This document shows, piece after piece, positions 36,467-51,993 of a DNA stretch of 64,000 bases. The notes under the pieces are model-generated. The model made no database searches. It worked only from the letters and a program-made list of their open reading frames with translations, and was not told the DNA's origin. Where the stretch lies: positions 186,001 to 250,000 of the forward strand of contig JALDTO010000154.1 in the NCBI GenBank assembly GCA_023515725.1, read 5' to 3'. Source of the DNA: Amoeboaphelidium protococcarum X5 (lineage: Eukaryota > Fungi > Aphelidiomycota). Both the position numbers and the translations under genes were made by a program. Numbering within the stretch: the first letter of the stretch is position 1; every line of letters starts with the position of its first letter.

Positions 36467-39400
36467 ATGAGTTTTAATATTGACTACAGAACGTTGATCT
36501 AGTCACTACTTGGTGTCGAAAAGTAGTTGTCCATTATTGACAAGTGCAAGGTTGCGACTGATTTGAAAGAGCTTGTGGAGTCATAAGGTGGTACGAGTGG
36601 TGGTAGTAGTCAGTCAAGTAGTAGTAGTAGTAATGTTGGTTCTGTAGGAAGCTCCGTGGCTATAGACTGGATGTAATTTCTCACTGCGTATGTGCCAATT
36701 TGCAGTCAGCTTCTTGTGCAGAGTGATGGCGATTTGTATGTCCCTGTCGAGTTTACGAGCGATTCTGTCAGTCATCGACTGCGCATAACGTTGATTGAAA
36801 TTCTGTAGCGCGTTCCTTATGGAATCTTGCTGCAGACGCATTCAGCTCAGTATTAGCAGTAGTAACTTTTGTTGTAGTAGTAGTAACAGCCAGCTTCGGA
36901 TTAAGCGGGCGCCGTGTCCAATTCTATTGGTAATGCTTTAGAAGATTTGAAGTCTGTGGTTAGTGATGTAATGAAGGTGGTTATTGGTGTTCTTGAACTT
37001 GATAATGAAGAAGTTGGGCAGGTGTGTTTGAGGATAATTATTGAGTTGCACAAGTGCTTCCGTAGTTCGGTTATGCCGTAGGATCAATAGTAGCCGTAAT
37101 AACAGTTTATGCTTGAAGACTGGATCGATCCGTTCTTTTAGTTTGTCAAGGATATGTTGGGTAATTTTTAGTCTTTTGTTGAGGAGTATATCGACCAGGT
37201 GGGTGGAGAGGAATAGGCTTCATAGTCTCACTCTGGGAGTTAGAGCTCTTTGGATGAGCACGGCGCTGAGGCTAAGAAGACGTATGTTCTTGGTAAGAAG
37301 TCTTTTAAGTTGTTGTCTGAGTGTCCTATCATATTGGTACTGTTGATACAGATTTATAAGAAATCTGTCGCCTCTGGTATTCCATCCATGGTTCCCTTGA
37401 TTATATCCGCGATTAGTACCAGAAGCTAGCAGTAATCTCAGTACACAAGCATTGAGCATTTGACTGCTTGTCTGTAGGCGGGTACTTTGAGCGAATTGAA
37501 GTTGGGTCCTTGTCCGGCGTTGAAAAGATCTGCTGCTTTTGCTGATTTTATTAGTAGTTAGGTGAAGATTATGTCGTTCCTTGCATATATAATTCGTGGA
37601 TTCAGTGTTTTGTTGAAGCCTTCTTAGTAGGTTATTGCTGACGGTGTGATGTCTCTGCTCCTGGACTGTCCACCAGAATGTAGCAGTGCGCGTAAGGAGT
37701 TGCTTGTCGCTGCCAGACATATTTTGAGCACTGATTTCCGCGCTAGCTTTGTCTAGTACGTTGACATGCTGTTGATTGAAGATGTTCTGGTGGGCACTTC
37801 TATTACCACTCGGGAGAGTTTAAGACCTTTAGCTTACTCAACTCTTGCCGATCTTATTCATCATGTGCGCGCCGAGCTATCTCGAGAGTAGATTAGACGC
37901 ACGGTAGAGCTGTATCTGGCCAACATGCACGACTTGTCTCTTGGGGCAAGTATTCAGACAATGTGTGCCAAGCTCTTGCTTAATCTTATTGATGTTATAA
38001 ATGCAGACAATAACAACTAGTAGCAATTGTTGAATGCATAAAAGTCTCAAGGTGGATCTTTTGGTTCAGATGATGGCGATTCAATGGGAATTGGAGATTA
38101 TGGGTCTCCTCGCTGGATGTTGTCTATTATTTTGGATGGATTCTGTAAGAAATTTACCGCGCTTAGTTTTATTGTTGACAAATTGCAATCTGCCAAGTCG
38201 ATGCCTAAGAATAATAATGTGCAATTGGATCTGGAGCATGTTTGCCAGATCAAGGTGTCAATGGTTCATAATGAATCTTAATCATCAGAGATTGGAAAGG
38301 ACTTCAAGTTTCTGTTCAAGACTTTAGTGCTTGGAGTCAAGACTATAATAAGTGGCTTCAAGAAGCTGTAGGGCGGATAGACTGAGTAATAATAGCAACT
38401 GAATCCTGAGAGAGTCGTCCCACTTTAGGACTAGCACATCTTTGTTTAACTTTTTGCTGATGGCCTAAAGTGTTTTCAACTATATCGTGTCGATTCGCAG
38501 GATATTGATGCTTAATCTGGATCGATTTAGAATATGGCTGGTTAGCAGGCTTCGTCCAGCGGAAAGTCCATTATTATTGCTAAAGAAGAGAAGGAAATTT
38601 TAGAGCACTTTGTATCCATCTTTTCACTGCTGGATCCTGCTCTATTTTACGAAGTTCTTCATCTGAGTATTGGCCACTTTTACGATAGTCTATTAAAAGA
38701 GCCTGCATTCCTCGCAGTGCCCTAGTATTTGCTGGCTAGTGAACCAGTGTCTAGGATATTTAGTGGTGTTTTGTTGTAATTTCTTATGGGTAAATTGGAT
38801 GATCTTGGCAAATGCGATACAAGTGAGGCTAATATGCTGCTTAGACTGTTCAAGTTGGCTTTCATGGCGGTGACTCTATTTCCTGATTCCAATGAGCCAG
38901 TGCTGCAGCCTCATATTCACGATTTGCTGAATAAATGTATGAAGTTGAGTTTAAGTCTGAAAGATAACAATTCCTATTTTATGCTTTTGCGGGCATTGTT
39001 TAGAAATATTGGTGGTGGCAGATTCGAGACATTGTACAAGGAAGTTCTCCCTCTTCTGCCAATGTTACTTAAGGGACTGAATGGTATGCTTGAAGAAAGT
39101 GATCGTGCGTCTTAGAAGGAATTATTTGTCGAGTTATGTCTAACTGTGCCTGTGAGATTAAGCGTGTTGCTTCCCTATTTGCATTTTCTGATGAAGCCTT
39201 TGGTTCTATCGCTTTAAGCAAGTACTGATCTGGTAAGCTAAGGCTTGCGTACTCTTGAGCTGTGTGTCGATAATCTTACCTCAGACTTTCTTGACCCTAT
39301 TCTGGCGCCGGTCATTAAAGAGCTTATGCATGCATTATGGAGCCATTTAAAGCCGCATCCTTACCATCCGGTCCATAGCTATTCTGCATTGCGTATTTTG

Positions 39401-42400
39401 GGTAAATTAGGTGGCAGAAGTAGGAAGGTTTTGGCTGATACTTTTGAACTTTAGCCAAAGCCATCATCAGCAGTATAGTTGAAATTACCTTTGCAGTTGA
39501 GTTCATCCTCTGATGGGAAGCAGGAACCAGTTTGTTGGATATCCATTGCTGAGACAATCACGTATGCTGCAGGGTTGCTTAATGATTCGAAAGCTGAGGT
39601 AGTTGCCGATGCTTTTAAAGTCTGCAATGGTGTTGTCAATTTTGTGTTGAAGGTGGATCAACAGTCGACCGATGCATTTAAAGACGTTCTTTACCAGCAG
39701 TTTTAGAAAGGAACCAAGTAATTGGATTAGGAAACCTGTATCAGGAAGATTAACGCCTTTTTTGAAAATCAATCGCGACTTGGTCAAGACCCTGGACGTC
39801 CCACCTTGGAGTCTATATCTTGTATGCAATCGACTCTGATATAAGCGATGAATGGAGTGTTTTCTGGTGTCTGTGTGGAGGCTATTTAAGATCAATGCCA
39901 GCAAAGTCTTTAGCTTTACACGCGTCATTTTGCTTTACTTCTAGTAGCTGAGTCTTTGACCGTTAGCTCCAAGACATTACAGTCTTAATCAGAGGTCAAT
40001 TATGCCATTATTGATCCAGGTGTGTATCTGGAAAGTCTGATGTTTGCAGTTTGTAGTCTTAATAGCTCGGTACGTCAGTTTGCTCTTGATCAAATTAACC
40101 TTCTTTATTCCGTGTAAAGGGACATAGTTGGCGACGGCAATGTTGTAAAGCTGCCGGTGTATCATCAGTTGGCATAGAAGCTGTGTTCTAAATGTTATCA
40201 GGATGGCTTCTCTCATAAGGTTGGAGCTATCCATGGTTTGCAATATCTATTTGATATGTTGAAGGATCATCGGATATGGGTTTTGGATCATTTGATGGAA
40301 GTATATAAAGCTGTGATATTTGTGGCCAAGGACTCTTCTCAGGAGAATCTTGAATCTATCGTGGGTAATATCGAAAGTTTGCTTCATGGTCTTCTGCAAT
40401 GTTGCTTTGCTGTCCTGGCTGAGGGAGATAAATTGAAAAAGTAATAGTCAAAGTTTAACTCAATATTGGGAGTGGCCATCACTGAGTTATCTAATGCTAG
40501 TTCTGTAGTTCGTAAGTTGGCTCAGGATTCTTTGAAAGGTCTGACCTGCTTCCCGTTGGTGCAATCTGATAATGTTGTTGATCTGCTCAGTCCGGTAAAG
40601 TCCAAGATATTAGGCCCTATATTTGTAAAGCCCCTGAGAGCGCTGCCTTTTAGTATGTAAATCGGCAACTTGTCTGCCGTGTCTTACTGTCTTGAATTGG
40701 ATTAGAGCTTGGTGCCGTTTAATGAGGAATTCATCAGACTAGTGCAAGAGTGCATAGCCAGTGCAGATTCGGATGATGTTGCATTGTCCAGCAAAAGTTC
40801 AACTGCTAAAAGTGCCGATGTCTTGAGGTAGCTGCGTTTCGTTTGCGTGAAGTTGTTGTCTCTGGCTGTGAAGTTTGAAGAGTTCTCCAAGATGGAGTAG
40901 CTAAATCCAGTGAAATTTAGAATTGTACAGGTGTTCTTCAAGAGTCTTTATTCCAAATCGTTGGAAATTGTGGAACACGCCAAAGTTGGTCTAGATAATG
41001 TACTGATTGCTCATTAGAATAAGCTTCCTAAAGAGATTCTGTAGAGTGGTTTACGTCCTATTTTGGTCAATTTGAGTGATCCAAAGCGGCTGACTCCGGA
41101 AAGTTTGATCGGATTGGCTCGCCTGTTGGAGAAGCTGTCCAGCTATTTTAAAGTTGAGATTGGAAAGAAGCTGCTTGATCATCTTGAACAATGGACGAAT
41201 CCTCAACTTCTTACTTAGTTGGCTTGGATGCCATCCTGTCAGGCAGTGGAAATACAAGTTGTCGTTGGAGTGATGGATCTTATGCATTTGCTGCCGCCTG
41301 CTGCGAGCTGTTATCTTGATGATATGGTGAAAAAGACGCTTGATTTGTAGAAGTCCTTTTAGCGCTGCGAGTCATCTCCTTTCTTGCCTCCATTGCTGAA
41401 GTTTCTTAACAAGTACAGCCAGGAGTCTGTCAACTATTTTTTGAATAAGCTTGATGATATCCAGTATGGTTTGCTATTTTTACAGGTATTAAAGCACGCT
41501 GATGCGTCGGAAGTTCGTTTAAAGCTAGCGGAGTAGCTGCCTGGTATAATTGAAACCGTATTTGGTCAATAGACTGGTGTCGGAGGTGTTAGCTACGTGT
41601 AATGTTTATTGTTGAAGATGATTAGCGTTTTGTTGAGTTACGACCCGTAGTTATTGTTGGACTAACAGAGCCTGTAGCACCTCATGGCTCATTGGTAGTA
41701 TAATCAAGATAGCACACCTTTTGCTGACTCAAGATTAGGATTTATGTCAGTTTATCATTGGAATACGCTGTGTCAAATATTGCATCACCATTGGAATAAG
41801 TATGAGGATAATCTACTCCTATATCAAGTATCTCAACTCTTTGCAAAATAGTCATTTGTGTGCAATAATGAGGTTAAGCGCCATTTTTGGTCGCAAGTGA
41901 AAGATATGGCTGTTGAGTAGAGAAGTGCTTTGGTCATGACATTTATTGATTTGCTGCCAGTTGAGAAGCACAAGATCTTGCCCTTTTTGAAGGTCTTTGT
42001 AGTGCCTATGCTTGAGATAAGTCTAGCCGACGGACTTGGCGAGTCCGTTCTGACTGAGCAAGTGCTTTCTGCGCTGCACTAATTCATTTGGTCTCAGAGT
42101 GTTCCCGGGTATCTGTCTTTCAATGATAGTTTGCTCATCCTACAGTTCATGCAAATCACCGCTTCTATTTTGAATTACTGTCCTACCATGATCGGGAATA
42201 TGCGTAAGGATGTCATCAGATCTGCATGGAATATTATAAAGAATGAGGATGCGGTGCTCAAGTTTTCATCGTATGTAGTCATCTGCCTATTTCTAAAGTC
42301 GTTTGAAGTTCCGGAGAAGATGTTGCTGCAAATCTTGCGGTCTCTGCTACGCACTTACTCATCCGAGTCTAAATATTTAGTGCGTCAGGCATTGGAGATT

Positions 42401-45400
42401 CTGCTCCCTATTTTACCAAAGCGACTGGCTGAAGAAGGAGATTCACCATCATTTGTCAGATGGCCGCGCAAGATCTTACTGGAAGAGTCGCATGTCCTGC
42501 CACAAGTCATTTCTTTATGGCAGATCATCATCGCATTTCCAGAGATTTATTACGACTACCGGTAGTAGTTTGTACCTATGATTGTTTAGAATCTACCGAA
42601 ATTGGGACTTACCTCTAGCTCGACTATGGATACTAGAGGTCTGTGCTTGGACATGATTGAGTTGATTCATTAGTGGGAAGTCATTAGAATCTCTGGACGT
42701 TAGACTGAGACTGCTGGAGATGGTATGGATGTTGACAGCTGGACACTACCTCTCCAATTGCAGGATATCGTTGTGAATTTTCTGGTTCGCTTCCTCACTT
42801 CAGTCTAGGAACCTATCTAGCGGAAAGGTTGGTCTGGTAAGATTATGAAGCTGACCAAGAGCTTCAGTTCTATGTGGCCATAGTCCACTGTCAAGCTGTC
42901 TTTTGTCGAAAAGTTCATGGCGGCCTCGGAACTGAATGATGGGAATGTGTAGATAGTTGCCTCTTTACTGGAGATTGTGGGTTATCAAGTAGAGTCGAAG
43001 GATGAAAAGCAAATTTCCGGTATGATGACTAGTCTTTGCCGCATTTTTGAGCTCAGCCTGAGATCTGACCATTTGTTGATTTCGGATTAGTTGGAGTCTC
43101 TTGTGGGTGTGATTTGTGATAAATGTCCTGACAGTGAAGCTTCAGATGATGTAGTTGTTGAGTAGGAACACATTCAGGACTATGCGCTTCAATTTGTAAA
43201 TAATTTGGCGGATGTAATATCGGAGAATCTGAATAACGGCCGAGCTGTATTCAGTTGCGTCACTATTATTGGCGGAGTTATCATTTCTCAGAAAATGAAT
43301 CTTGTGCAGGCATTGGCATCTAAATTGGATACTGTGCTGACAAAAGTTCTCTAGAAATTGACCAAAGAAGTTACCTAAAATTAGTCTGTTGCGCCTCAGG
43401 TATCAGAACTGGTGCGAAAGTTGTTTGAATAGCTGCTTGCGTTTTATGATCTGGTGGAAGATAATAATAAGCGTGCTATTCTGGGACTGCTCAATGCTAA
43501 TTCGGGCCGGCATTTGGATCAAGCGACATAGAAAGCTTTAGTTTAGACTCTGGAACGATGGGTAGCTTCCGCAGAATAGTCAAAGTTGAAGGACTTTGCG
43601 TTAGTATCGTAGTAGATTGCTTTCAATCATTCTCATTGGGATTTGGAGCATTTAAACCGCTGGCTTGGGTTGGTGGCTGATTTATTCTAATCTAGTCAAG
43701 TTATACACTTTGCACCATAGATGGAAAATGCTTTCATGTTAGGATTAATGTCGTAGAATGCTAAGCTGCGTCTTCGGTTTATGAAAGTTTTGGATGGAAA
43801 ATTGCCTCATTTTAGCTTTGCAAGGCTGATGTTCATTCTTGGGGTGTAGAATTGGGAATTTTGCTCTAGATAGTATTGGCTGCCTATTGCTATCGATATT
43901 TTGCTGATGCGTAGCTCTGTGGCTTTGTCTCATTCAAGCAGTGTTAATGTCGCATCTTATGGCATGTACAGAGCAGTATTTGGATCGCCTTACGTCAAAG
44001 ATGCCGATGATAATTGTCAATTGCTTGCTTTTTCAGAGTTCCTGCAGTCACTTTCAGTAATATACAAGAATAACGAGGATATATCGAATTAGATTTGGTG
44101 TCAGTTGTTCAAGTTCTGTTGGGCAATGTTGAGCAAGAGTGAAGTATCTTCTCTGAATAAGGTGATGATTGGTTTTCTGACCAAGCCATATCACTAGATG
44201 TAGAAGTAGTTGACCGGACGTAATGTGGTGTAATCAGTTCTGGAGGGTGCGACGCAATGTTAGGGTCTTCTATTACCTCCAGCTGTTTTACGCTATTTGG
44301 CGTAGAACTATAATTTTTGGTACCTTGCTATCGAGCTGATATAGCAAATGGCGACGTAGGTGAAGGGACAAAGCTAACATTTCAAGAATCCTAATAATGT
44401 TATTAATGGCATCAACTTGATTCTGCAGCAACTTTATGGACAGTTGAGAGATTAAGATGCTTAGAATGGTGTTTGGCTTGTCAATTCCTTGTTTAAAGAG
44501 ACAAATGCTGCGTTATCGTATGAGATTGTAGGAGATTATAAAACTGCCTAGAGCATTTTGGAAGATGCGCAGATGCAAGTCAAGAATGGCAGTATCCCAT
44601 TCGTTGAAAGTGAGTTGTCTCTATGGGAAGACAAATGGATAGAGTGCGGCAAGTAATTGCAACAATGGGATCTTTTGAATGATTTATCCAAGCACGAGAA
44701 CATGGTCGATCTATAGTTGCAATGTGCGTGGCGCATTACTGATTGGAGTGCTTAGCATGATAGTCTGTAGGCATTACTCTCGTCCTCTGGTGACGATAAG
44801 AATAGTCAGAGTGAGAAGCAGATGTATCAATCGTTAGCTTTACTGTCAAAGCTGCCAGAATTGCCAGAGAAGTTGGTTGAATTTTAGAAAAGTAATGAGT
44901 AGAGTTTTTAGATGGTCATTGCGGAGTGGCACTAACTGCCAAAGACTGTGACTGGTAATTCTCACTCGAAATTACTGCAAGAGATGTAGTTGATGGTGGA
45001 ATTTTAGGAAGCTTCTCATATATATGCTGGCGCTAATCCACAGAATCCGCAGGTTAAGTTACAGTCTATTCAAGAATTGAAGGGTACTTTGGGTACGTGG
45101 CGTGATCGATTGCCCAATATATATGATGGAATTGACATGTGGAGCAAGTTAGTGGCATGGCGCTAGCATGTTTTTGGTGTAATTAACAATGCATATCAGT
45201 CTCCTGATACTTAGAACAGTTTGGCGTACAGAGGCTTCCATGAGATTGCTTGGATAATCAATCGCTTTGCTCATGTTGCGCGCAAGTAACACCTCTCTGA
45301 TGTGTGTATCAATGCCTTAACAAAGATTTATACCTTGCCAAACATTGAAATCAGTGATGCCTTCCTGAAGCTTCGTGAGTAGGCCAAGTGCTACATGGGT

Positions 45401-47959
45401 GACAGCGATGAATACATTAGTGGGCTGGAGGTGATATCAAACACTAATTTGGGATATTTCTAATAGCCTTAGCGCGCTGAATTCTTTGCTCTCAAGGGAG
45501 AATTTCTGGCCAAGTTGGATTTCGAGCAGGAAGCCAATGCTGCGTTCAGCTCTGCAATCTAGATCGACGCCAATTTGCCTAAAGGATGGCTGGCATGGGC
45601 TCAGTTTAATGACACGCAATTCTAATCGACCAAGTAGATAAGCTATGCTGCGAATGCTGTAAATTGCTATCTTCATGCATGCGAGCTGTACAACAGTCGT
45701 CGTTGCCGCAAATATATTGCCCGAATCTTATGGTTGCTCTCCGTAGATGATGCCACTGGTACTGTGTAGAAGGCTTTTGATGCTTACAAGGGAAATATGA
45801 ACATCTGGTATTGGATCACTTTTATACCTCAGTTGCTATCAAGCCTAAGCCATCAGGAGGCGTCAATTGCCAAAGCTGTCCTAATCAAGATTGTTAAAGC
45901 GTATCCTCAGGCTGTCTACTTTCAAATGAGATGCCATAGAGAAGAGGTGACTGCTTCTTCGGCTACTACTGGGAGTTCATCAGTGAGTGGTGCAGGGGCA
46001 TTCCGTACGTTGACCGCGTCGTCTTCCGTTGCATCCATCTCTAATCATCCAGTGGCAACGGCTATTAATGCCGGAAGTTCGTCTCAACTCTAGCTATCTG
46101 AAGATCAGGCCAACACATCTAATGATGAAATTTAAGGTAAATTAATTGGATTGTAGATGAGCGAGCCTGAAGACTCTTCTGGTGAGATGAATTCTCAAGC
46201 AATGGATATTGATGGTGATGGTGCGGCTAGCTAGTAAAAGTCTACCGCTGCTTCTAGTGCTGATGATATGGACACTTTGGTACAGACTGGCAATAAGAGC
46301 CCGGCTGATTAGATTGATGATATTATGGCAATCTTGAAGACTGCGTATCCTCTACTGACTTTGACTATGGAAACTATGGTTGATCAGATTTTGGCCAGGT
46401 TGAAGCCAACTGCTGATGAGGAAATCCACAGAATTCTATCTGCTTTGCTTTCTGATGCTTATACACAGCTGGTGAACAAGATCGTTGATGGATAAGACAC
46501 GAGTCTATAGCCATCCAACAGCATACAGAAGACCATTCTGAAGTTTTTGCAGAGTCCGTACGTGTCCACCAGCAAGTTTAAGAATGATTTGGAGCGTGAT
46601 TTAGTGCAGAATGGTCCATCTCTTGAGTAGATTGTAGTTTTGTGCAGGCAGTGGGTGGCTAAACTGGATCTTGTTCTTGGTGTTAAGTAACGCAAGTTGA
46701 ATTTACATCAGCTCAGTAATTATTTGGCTGAATTTGAGTACTAGAAGTTTGATGATGTTGAAGTTCCTGGTTAGTACTTGAACCTGCTGGATGCTGGTGA
46801 GAGTTTTGTAAAGATTGAGCGTCTGCAGAGTGAAGTGGATGTTGTTAAGAGCGGTGTTGGTGTATGGAGCCGACGTATATACTTCATTGGACAGGATGGT
46901 AATAAGTACCCATTCATGATTTAGAACCCGTCCTTTAAACATTCTAGACGCGAGGAGACTCTGCTGTAGTTTATGAGAATGTGCAATGATGTCCTGGGCA
47001 GGAAGGTGGAGTCTAGAAAGCGCGAATTATCTCTCTACACTCCGAAGATTGTGTCGCTTGCATCCAGCGTAAGGTTGGTAGAGAGTGATGTGTCAGCTAT
47101 ATCTCTACAGCGCATTTATGATGACTACTGCGAATAGAAAGGATACGTCAAGGATGAGCCGTGTGTGTAGTACTTGCTGCATCTGCAAAAGTACATCCAG
47201 TCTGACATCAACAGTAGACAAGATTTGCAGAATTTTTATTTGGAAATCTTCTAGACGATCTAAAGCAATTGGGTTCAAAACAATCTACTTTCGTCCTGTT
47301 TGATGTAGAGAATGAAGTCGTATGAGGACTTTTGGTTGTTGAAGAGATCTGTTGCAAAGAACTTGGCCACCTCTTACTGTATTTAGTATATGTGGGCTGT
47401 CAGTAACAGATTGCCTGGTAAACTGAACTTTGGTTTAACTAGTGGCTAGATTGAATGGACCGATATGATGCCGCATGTGAACAAGTAAGCACAGATTGCA
47501 AGTGGTGAAAGTGTACCGTTCAGATTAACTCCATAACTGCAGAACTTTATAGGACCAGAGTTGATGGCTGGTGTCTTTGTGTCCTCAATGCTGAGTGCGG
47601 CGTTCTCTCTGAGTCTGCCTGAGTACGATATGAGTCAATTGCTGCCTCTGTTTGTTCGTGATGAGTTGCTGTACTGGTAGAAGTACTAGCCTGGTGGCGG
47701 TGTTGTATTTAAAGACGCGTAAGAGTTGGCTGTAAAGGTGGAAGAGAACGTTAATGCAATGGTTACAAGACTGGAAGAGTTGGCTGCGAAGGAGATGCGC
47801 TGTTCGAAAGCACCAGATGCCGGAGAAGCTGATCAGTAGTAATAGGATTCCAAACCGCCTACTAAGCCTTTAACTTTGCCAATCACCAAGAAGATATCTG
47901 AGGCTACTAATCCTAATAACTTGGTTCTGATGGGTCCTCTGTACCATCCATGGCTATGA
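36467..47959 (+). CDS. TRA1: Tra1/TRRAP pseudo-PIKK scaffold of SAGA/NuA4, ~3830 aa, apparently single exon
   Basis: [62 protein letters not shown]-region LPNIEI and [27 protein letters not shown]. Motifs checked share one frame. Confidence 0.96.
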
Positions 47960-48656
47960 TCATTGACGCGGAATGAAATATGAGAGTGTGATCTGAAGTA
48001 AAAAGGATACTAAATTTAACCGTAAACTCTTGTGAAATTCTTTCTCAAATGCATTTACACCTATACACACTTGACGTGACTTGGTTAATTTAGCTATATA
48101 GCTTTAAGTGGAAAGTGCACCCACCCACCAGAGTTCAAAGTTATTTTACAAAGATGAAACAGAACGAGAGAGCGAGCGCGCGAGAAAGAAATCGACAATT
48201 TTTCACGATCACAGCATAATGATCATCGTGTTAAAGGTCTTCAAGGTTAAGCATTATCTGTTAATTTACAACAGCTGTAGATGGCATATCGTCAAAAATA
48301 TTATATCATAAAGATGCAATTTTCAGCGCGAAAATCTCGATACCCTCAGTCGAATCTAGTATCCACATCGCGCCCCTCTATGTCGCTCAACAACAACGAC
48401 AAGAACAACAATATCCAGATGCGTAGAGAAGAACAACTTCCGCCCATCTGAATAAACTCAATTCTCTCAACCAATCTCCGACCTCTCACACTTCTTCTCC
48501 TTTCCCATTTCTGTTTATCAGCTCATAACTACATTATCAATATAAACTTGACTTGCACACTGCACGGTCCATAGTAAATCTGGTACATATCACTAAATTA
48601 CATTTACACTCTATTAGGTGAAACAATACTCTAATAATATAATCCACATCAACGAA

Positions 48657-51600
48657 ATGCCACTCCTGAATGGTGAACCGTATGTTGTACCGCACGATCT
48701 GTCGAAAGAATCTCAATCTCAAGACGTAGAGGAAGTATGGGTAATTAGGTAGACGAAAGAGATTTGCTCTGATTTAGAGTAAGCATTCATTCATTCACTC
48801 GTTTATCAAGTGTTACTAAGTGCAAATGTGTAGAGACTATAGCAATCGAGCCGCCGAGTATCGTAAGCGAAAGTGGGCTTGTGCCCCTACGTAGAAGGAT
48901 AGCCTCACGTATGAGGAAGCTCTGCTGAGCGAGTAGAAGGCGCGAGAGCCTCAGACCAAGATCCCTCGTCCGGTGTAGAAGAGAGCACTGGAGATGGCTT
49001 AGTACCATGTTACTGGAAGATTTGAACAGTTGGTTGATTAGATCTATGATGAAGTCAGTGTTAATTTCTATGCAGATGAAGTGCTTTCATATGAATGCAA
49101 GGGTGATCCGGCTAGTATCAGTAATTCCAAGTCTGTTAATGGAAAGGGTAATTCTAAAGCTGGTGGTTGTAGTACTGTTAATGGTAATTCGGATTTAAAC
49201 CAAGTCGCCATGGTCAAAGTGATAAAAAAGTTGGATGATTCCAAGTATCAGGTGTATAATGTTACTGATGATATGAATAGACCAATGCCTAAACAGTATA
49301 CGGATAATCCTGATTTGATAACTTGCTCAAGTAATGAACTCAGTCGTGAACGTAATGTCGTGTCTAAAGTTGCACTACGTCCATTTCTTAAAGAGTGTAT
49401 TCAGAGGGAGTCTTATTACGGGGCACCATGGATTGTAAAGGATGAGATTGCGCTTGATTTTGGCGTGTCACTTTCACCACCAGCCGGTCTTTGGGATCCT
49501 GTGACTAAGCGCTTGTAGAAGAGGGATGTATCTGCGTCATCTGGTGGTGGTACTACCAAGAAGTCTTCATCTTAATCTTCGCCAGCTAAGCATAAACGCA
49601 CAGGGTCTTTGGTAATTCTGTTATAGAAGCCCAAATATCCCGTGGAAGATTCGGAGCTCCCCTTGTATCAGAAGCCTAGTTAGCACCCAGAGATGTAGAC
49701 GTCTGCCGTTCCTGTTCCCAATAAACATTTCCGAGTCGATAGTGAGTACGTGGCTGATGTATTGTACATTTGGAACTTTCTATTCGTCTATGCAAAGCCT
49801 CTGTAGTTGAGCCCGTTCACACTGGATGATTTTGAGTAGAGTCTATTGTTTTCATCCACACTGAAGTTGAAATAGTAACATGATGCCGTAACTCGCTCAT
49901 CTTCCTCACAGATACCTCCTATATTGGTGGCTGCATTTGTTACGCTGTTGAGATTCGCTGCCAGACATTCAGCGCAAGTACATGCCAAGCTGGAGAAATT
50001 ATCAAAGCAGTTGCCCAAACACAAGATTGTCAGTATGCAGAAGAAGAGTAAAGGGAGGCTGTTGGAAGCGGCTGTGAATGAGATTTAAATCAGTGATTAA
50101 ATGTTGATTGATGATGGCGATGATAGTGCTGAAGATGATGTTGATCTAGATCAAGAGTATGATGAAGATTTAGATGTGGATTCAACGGAAGGAGATCAGG
50201 AATTGGGAGATAATGTTAATAAAGCTTCCTCTTAATCAATTACAGATGACACTGCAACAAGTGACGATGCTTCTATTGATCATGCTCAGACTGGAATTGA
50301 GATAAGTAAGCAGTGGTGGAGAATGTCTCTGACTAGTAGTACTTGGATGGAGGTGTTGGCAACTTATTTGGCAACTACAGCCACTATTGTGCATCTTCCC
50401 TGCTTATCTTCAGTGTTGTCGAAGATATCTGCGCAAAATGTTCTCATCGATCCTACGACTGGAAAAGCGCTTTTGCAATCTGCCCTCAGTTTTCCCAAGT
50501 CATCTGGTAGTTTTGGCGGGGATTCTTAGATATCTTAACGCTTCTCATAGATTGATCTCTCGGAAATGTTGGCGCTATTCAAGTTTGTGATCAATGAGTC
50601 TGTGATTTGCAGCAAGGCCATCAGAGATTATATGAGCTAGTGCACCTCTGCATTACCGGAGTTAAGGAGAGATAAGAGAGAAGTGGAGGCGCGCAAGAGG
50701 GAGCTAGAGAGTTCTTAGAAAGAATTAGTATAGAAGAAGAATGATACCACCACTTAGTCTTAAGAGTCTACTAGTGCTACTGTCCCTGCTGATGTTGTCG
50801 GTGGTTCAAAGAACAAAAAGTCTGGGAAATAATCATCTTTGTAAGCCAATGATGATCAAGATCGAATGGATATTGATGGCAACGAATCGTCTTAAAGTAT
50901 AGCGGACGATAGTGATGTAGACGATATAGATGTTGCTATTGAGTCAAGCGACAATGAAGAGGAAGACGATGATGATGTTGATGATGAACTGGGCGATGAA
51001 TATTCAGAATATGATTATGTTATCCAGGAGTTGGAGAGAAAATTGGCTGATCTTGACAAGGATGGTCGCGCCAACAGGCAAGAGAAAATGAAATTATAAT
51101 AATAGTTGAAAGAAGCTGAGGAGGCCAAGAAGAAGCTTTAGGTATAATAAGCTCGTGCTGAGGCCAGAGCTAGAAGTCAGCAGAAGCGCCAAGATGCAGA
51201 GTAGAAGCGGCAGCTCGATTAGGAGCTCATAAAGATCCATAGAAAAGATTTGCAGTTGGATAGAGAAATTAGAATTCATAGTGGCGCTTCAAAGGGTAAG
51301 TTGCTGGGCTATGATAGATTCTGGAATAAATACTGGTGGATGGATGGATTCGGGAGTGGAGCTGGAGCAGTGTCTGAGTTTGGGGTGCCGCAAGGTCCGG
51401 GCCATAAAGCTAATGGCATAATACCTTATGGATCTGGTCGACTGCTAGTACAAGGCGCTGGTAGAGTAGAATACCTCGGCCTGATATCCGGTGCCAATGC
51501 TCTAATGTCCAGAAAGCGAAAACCTGTGGAGTTTAATGCAAAGGATTAGTAGTTGACTGGCTGGTAGGTGGACGCTTTTGTCACTCTCCCTAATGGCTAT

Positions 51601-51993
51601 AAGAATAAGCGGCCTGGTGATGCTTTAGGGTCAAACAATTGGCTATAAGATGATGAATGGGCGTACTATGAGACTGTGGATTAAGTTGATGAACTTCTCT
51701 GCTGGCTCAACCCGAAAGGTGTCCGTGAAAGTTAGCTGAAGACTACGCTTACCAAGTACTATGATCACATTGCTTACAATCTGACCAAGCGGTAAGAGGT
51801 GATCCTTATGGTCTAGGAGTAATAAGGATCGTCATCATTGTCTACTTAAGAATCCACTGCGATTGGTAAAAAGAGAGCTTCTGCTTCAATCATTGGAAAA
51901 AATAGCAGCTCAAGACTTGGCTCCAGTTCTAACAACAGTAAATACAATGTTCACTCATACCTGCGTTATGTGAACAAATGGTCCTCGCAATGA
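48657..51993 (+). CDS. ITC1: ISWI accessory subunit Itc1/ACF1-like (WAC, DDT, WHIM; no PHD or bromodomain); intron 48779-48833
   Basis: MPLLNG; WAC WAC...LTYEEALLSE; KYPVED; DDT WNFL...L(Q)LSPFTLDDF; LGYDRFWNKYWW; WLNPKGVRE; YVNK. Confidence 0.88.

Noticed and set aside
36614-47303. Many short alternative-frame and antisense ORFs in the supplied track
   Set aside because: They are shadows of the Tra1 coding frame.
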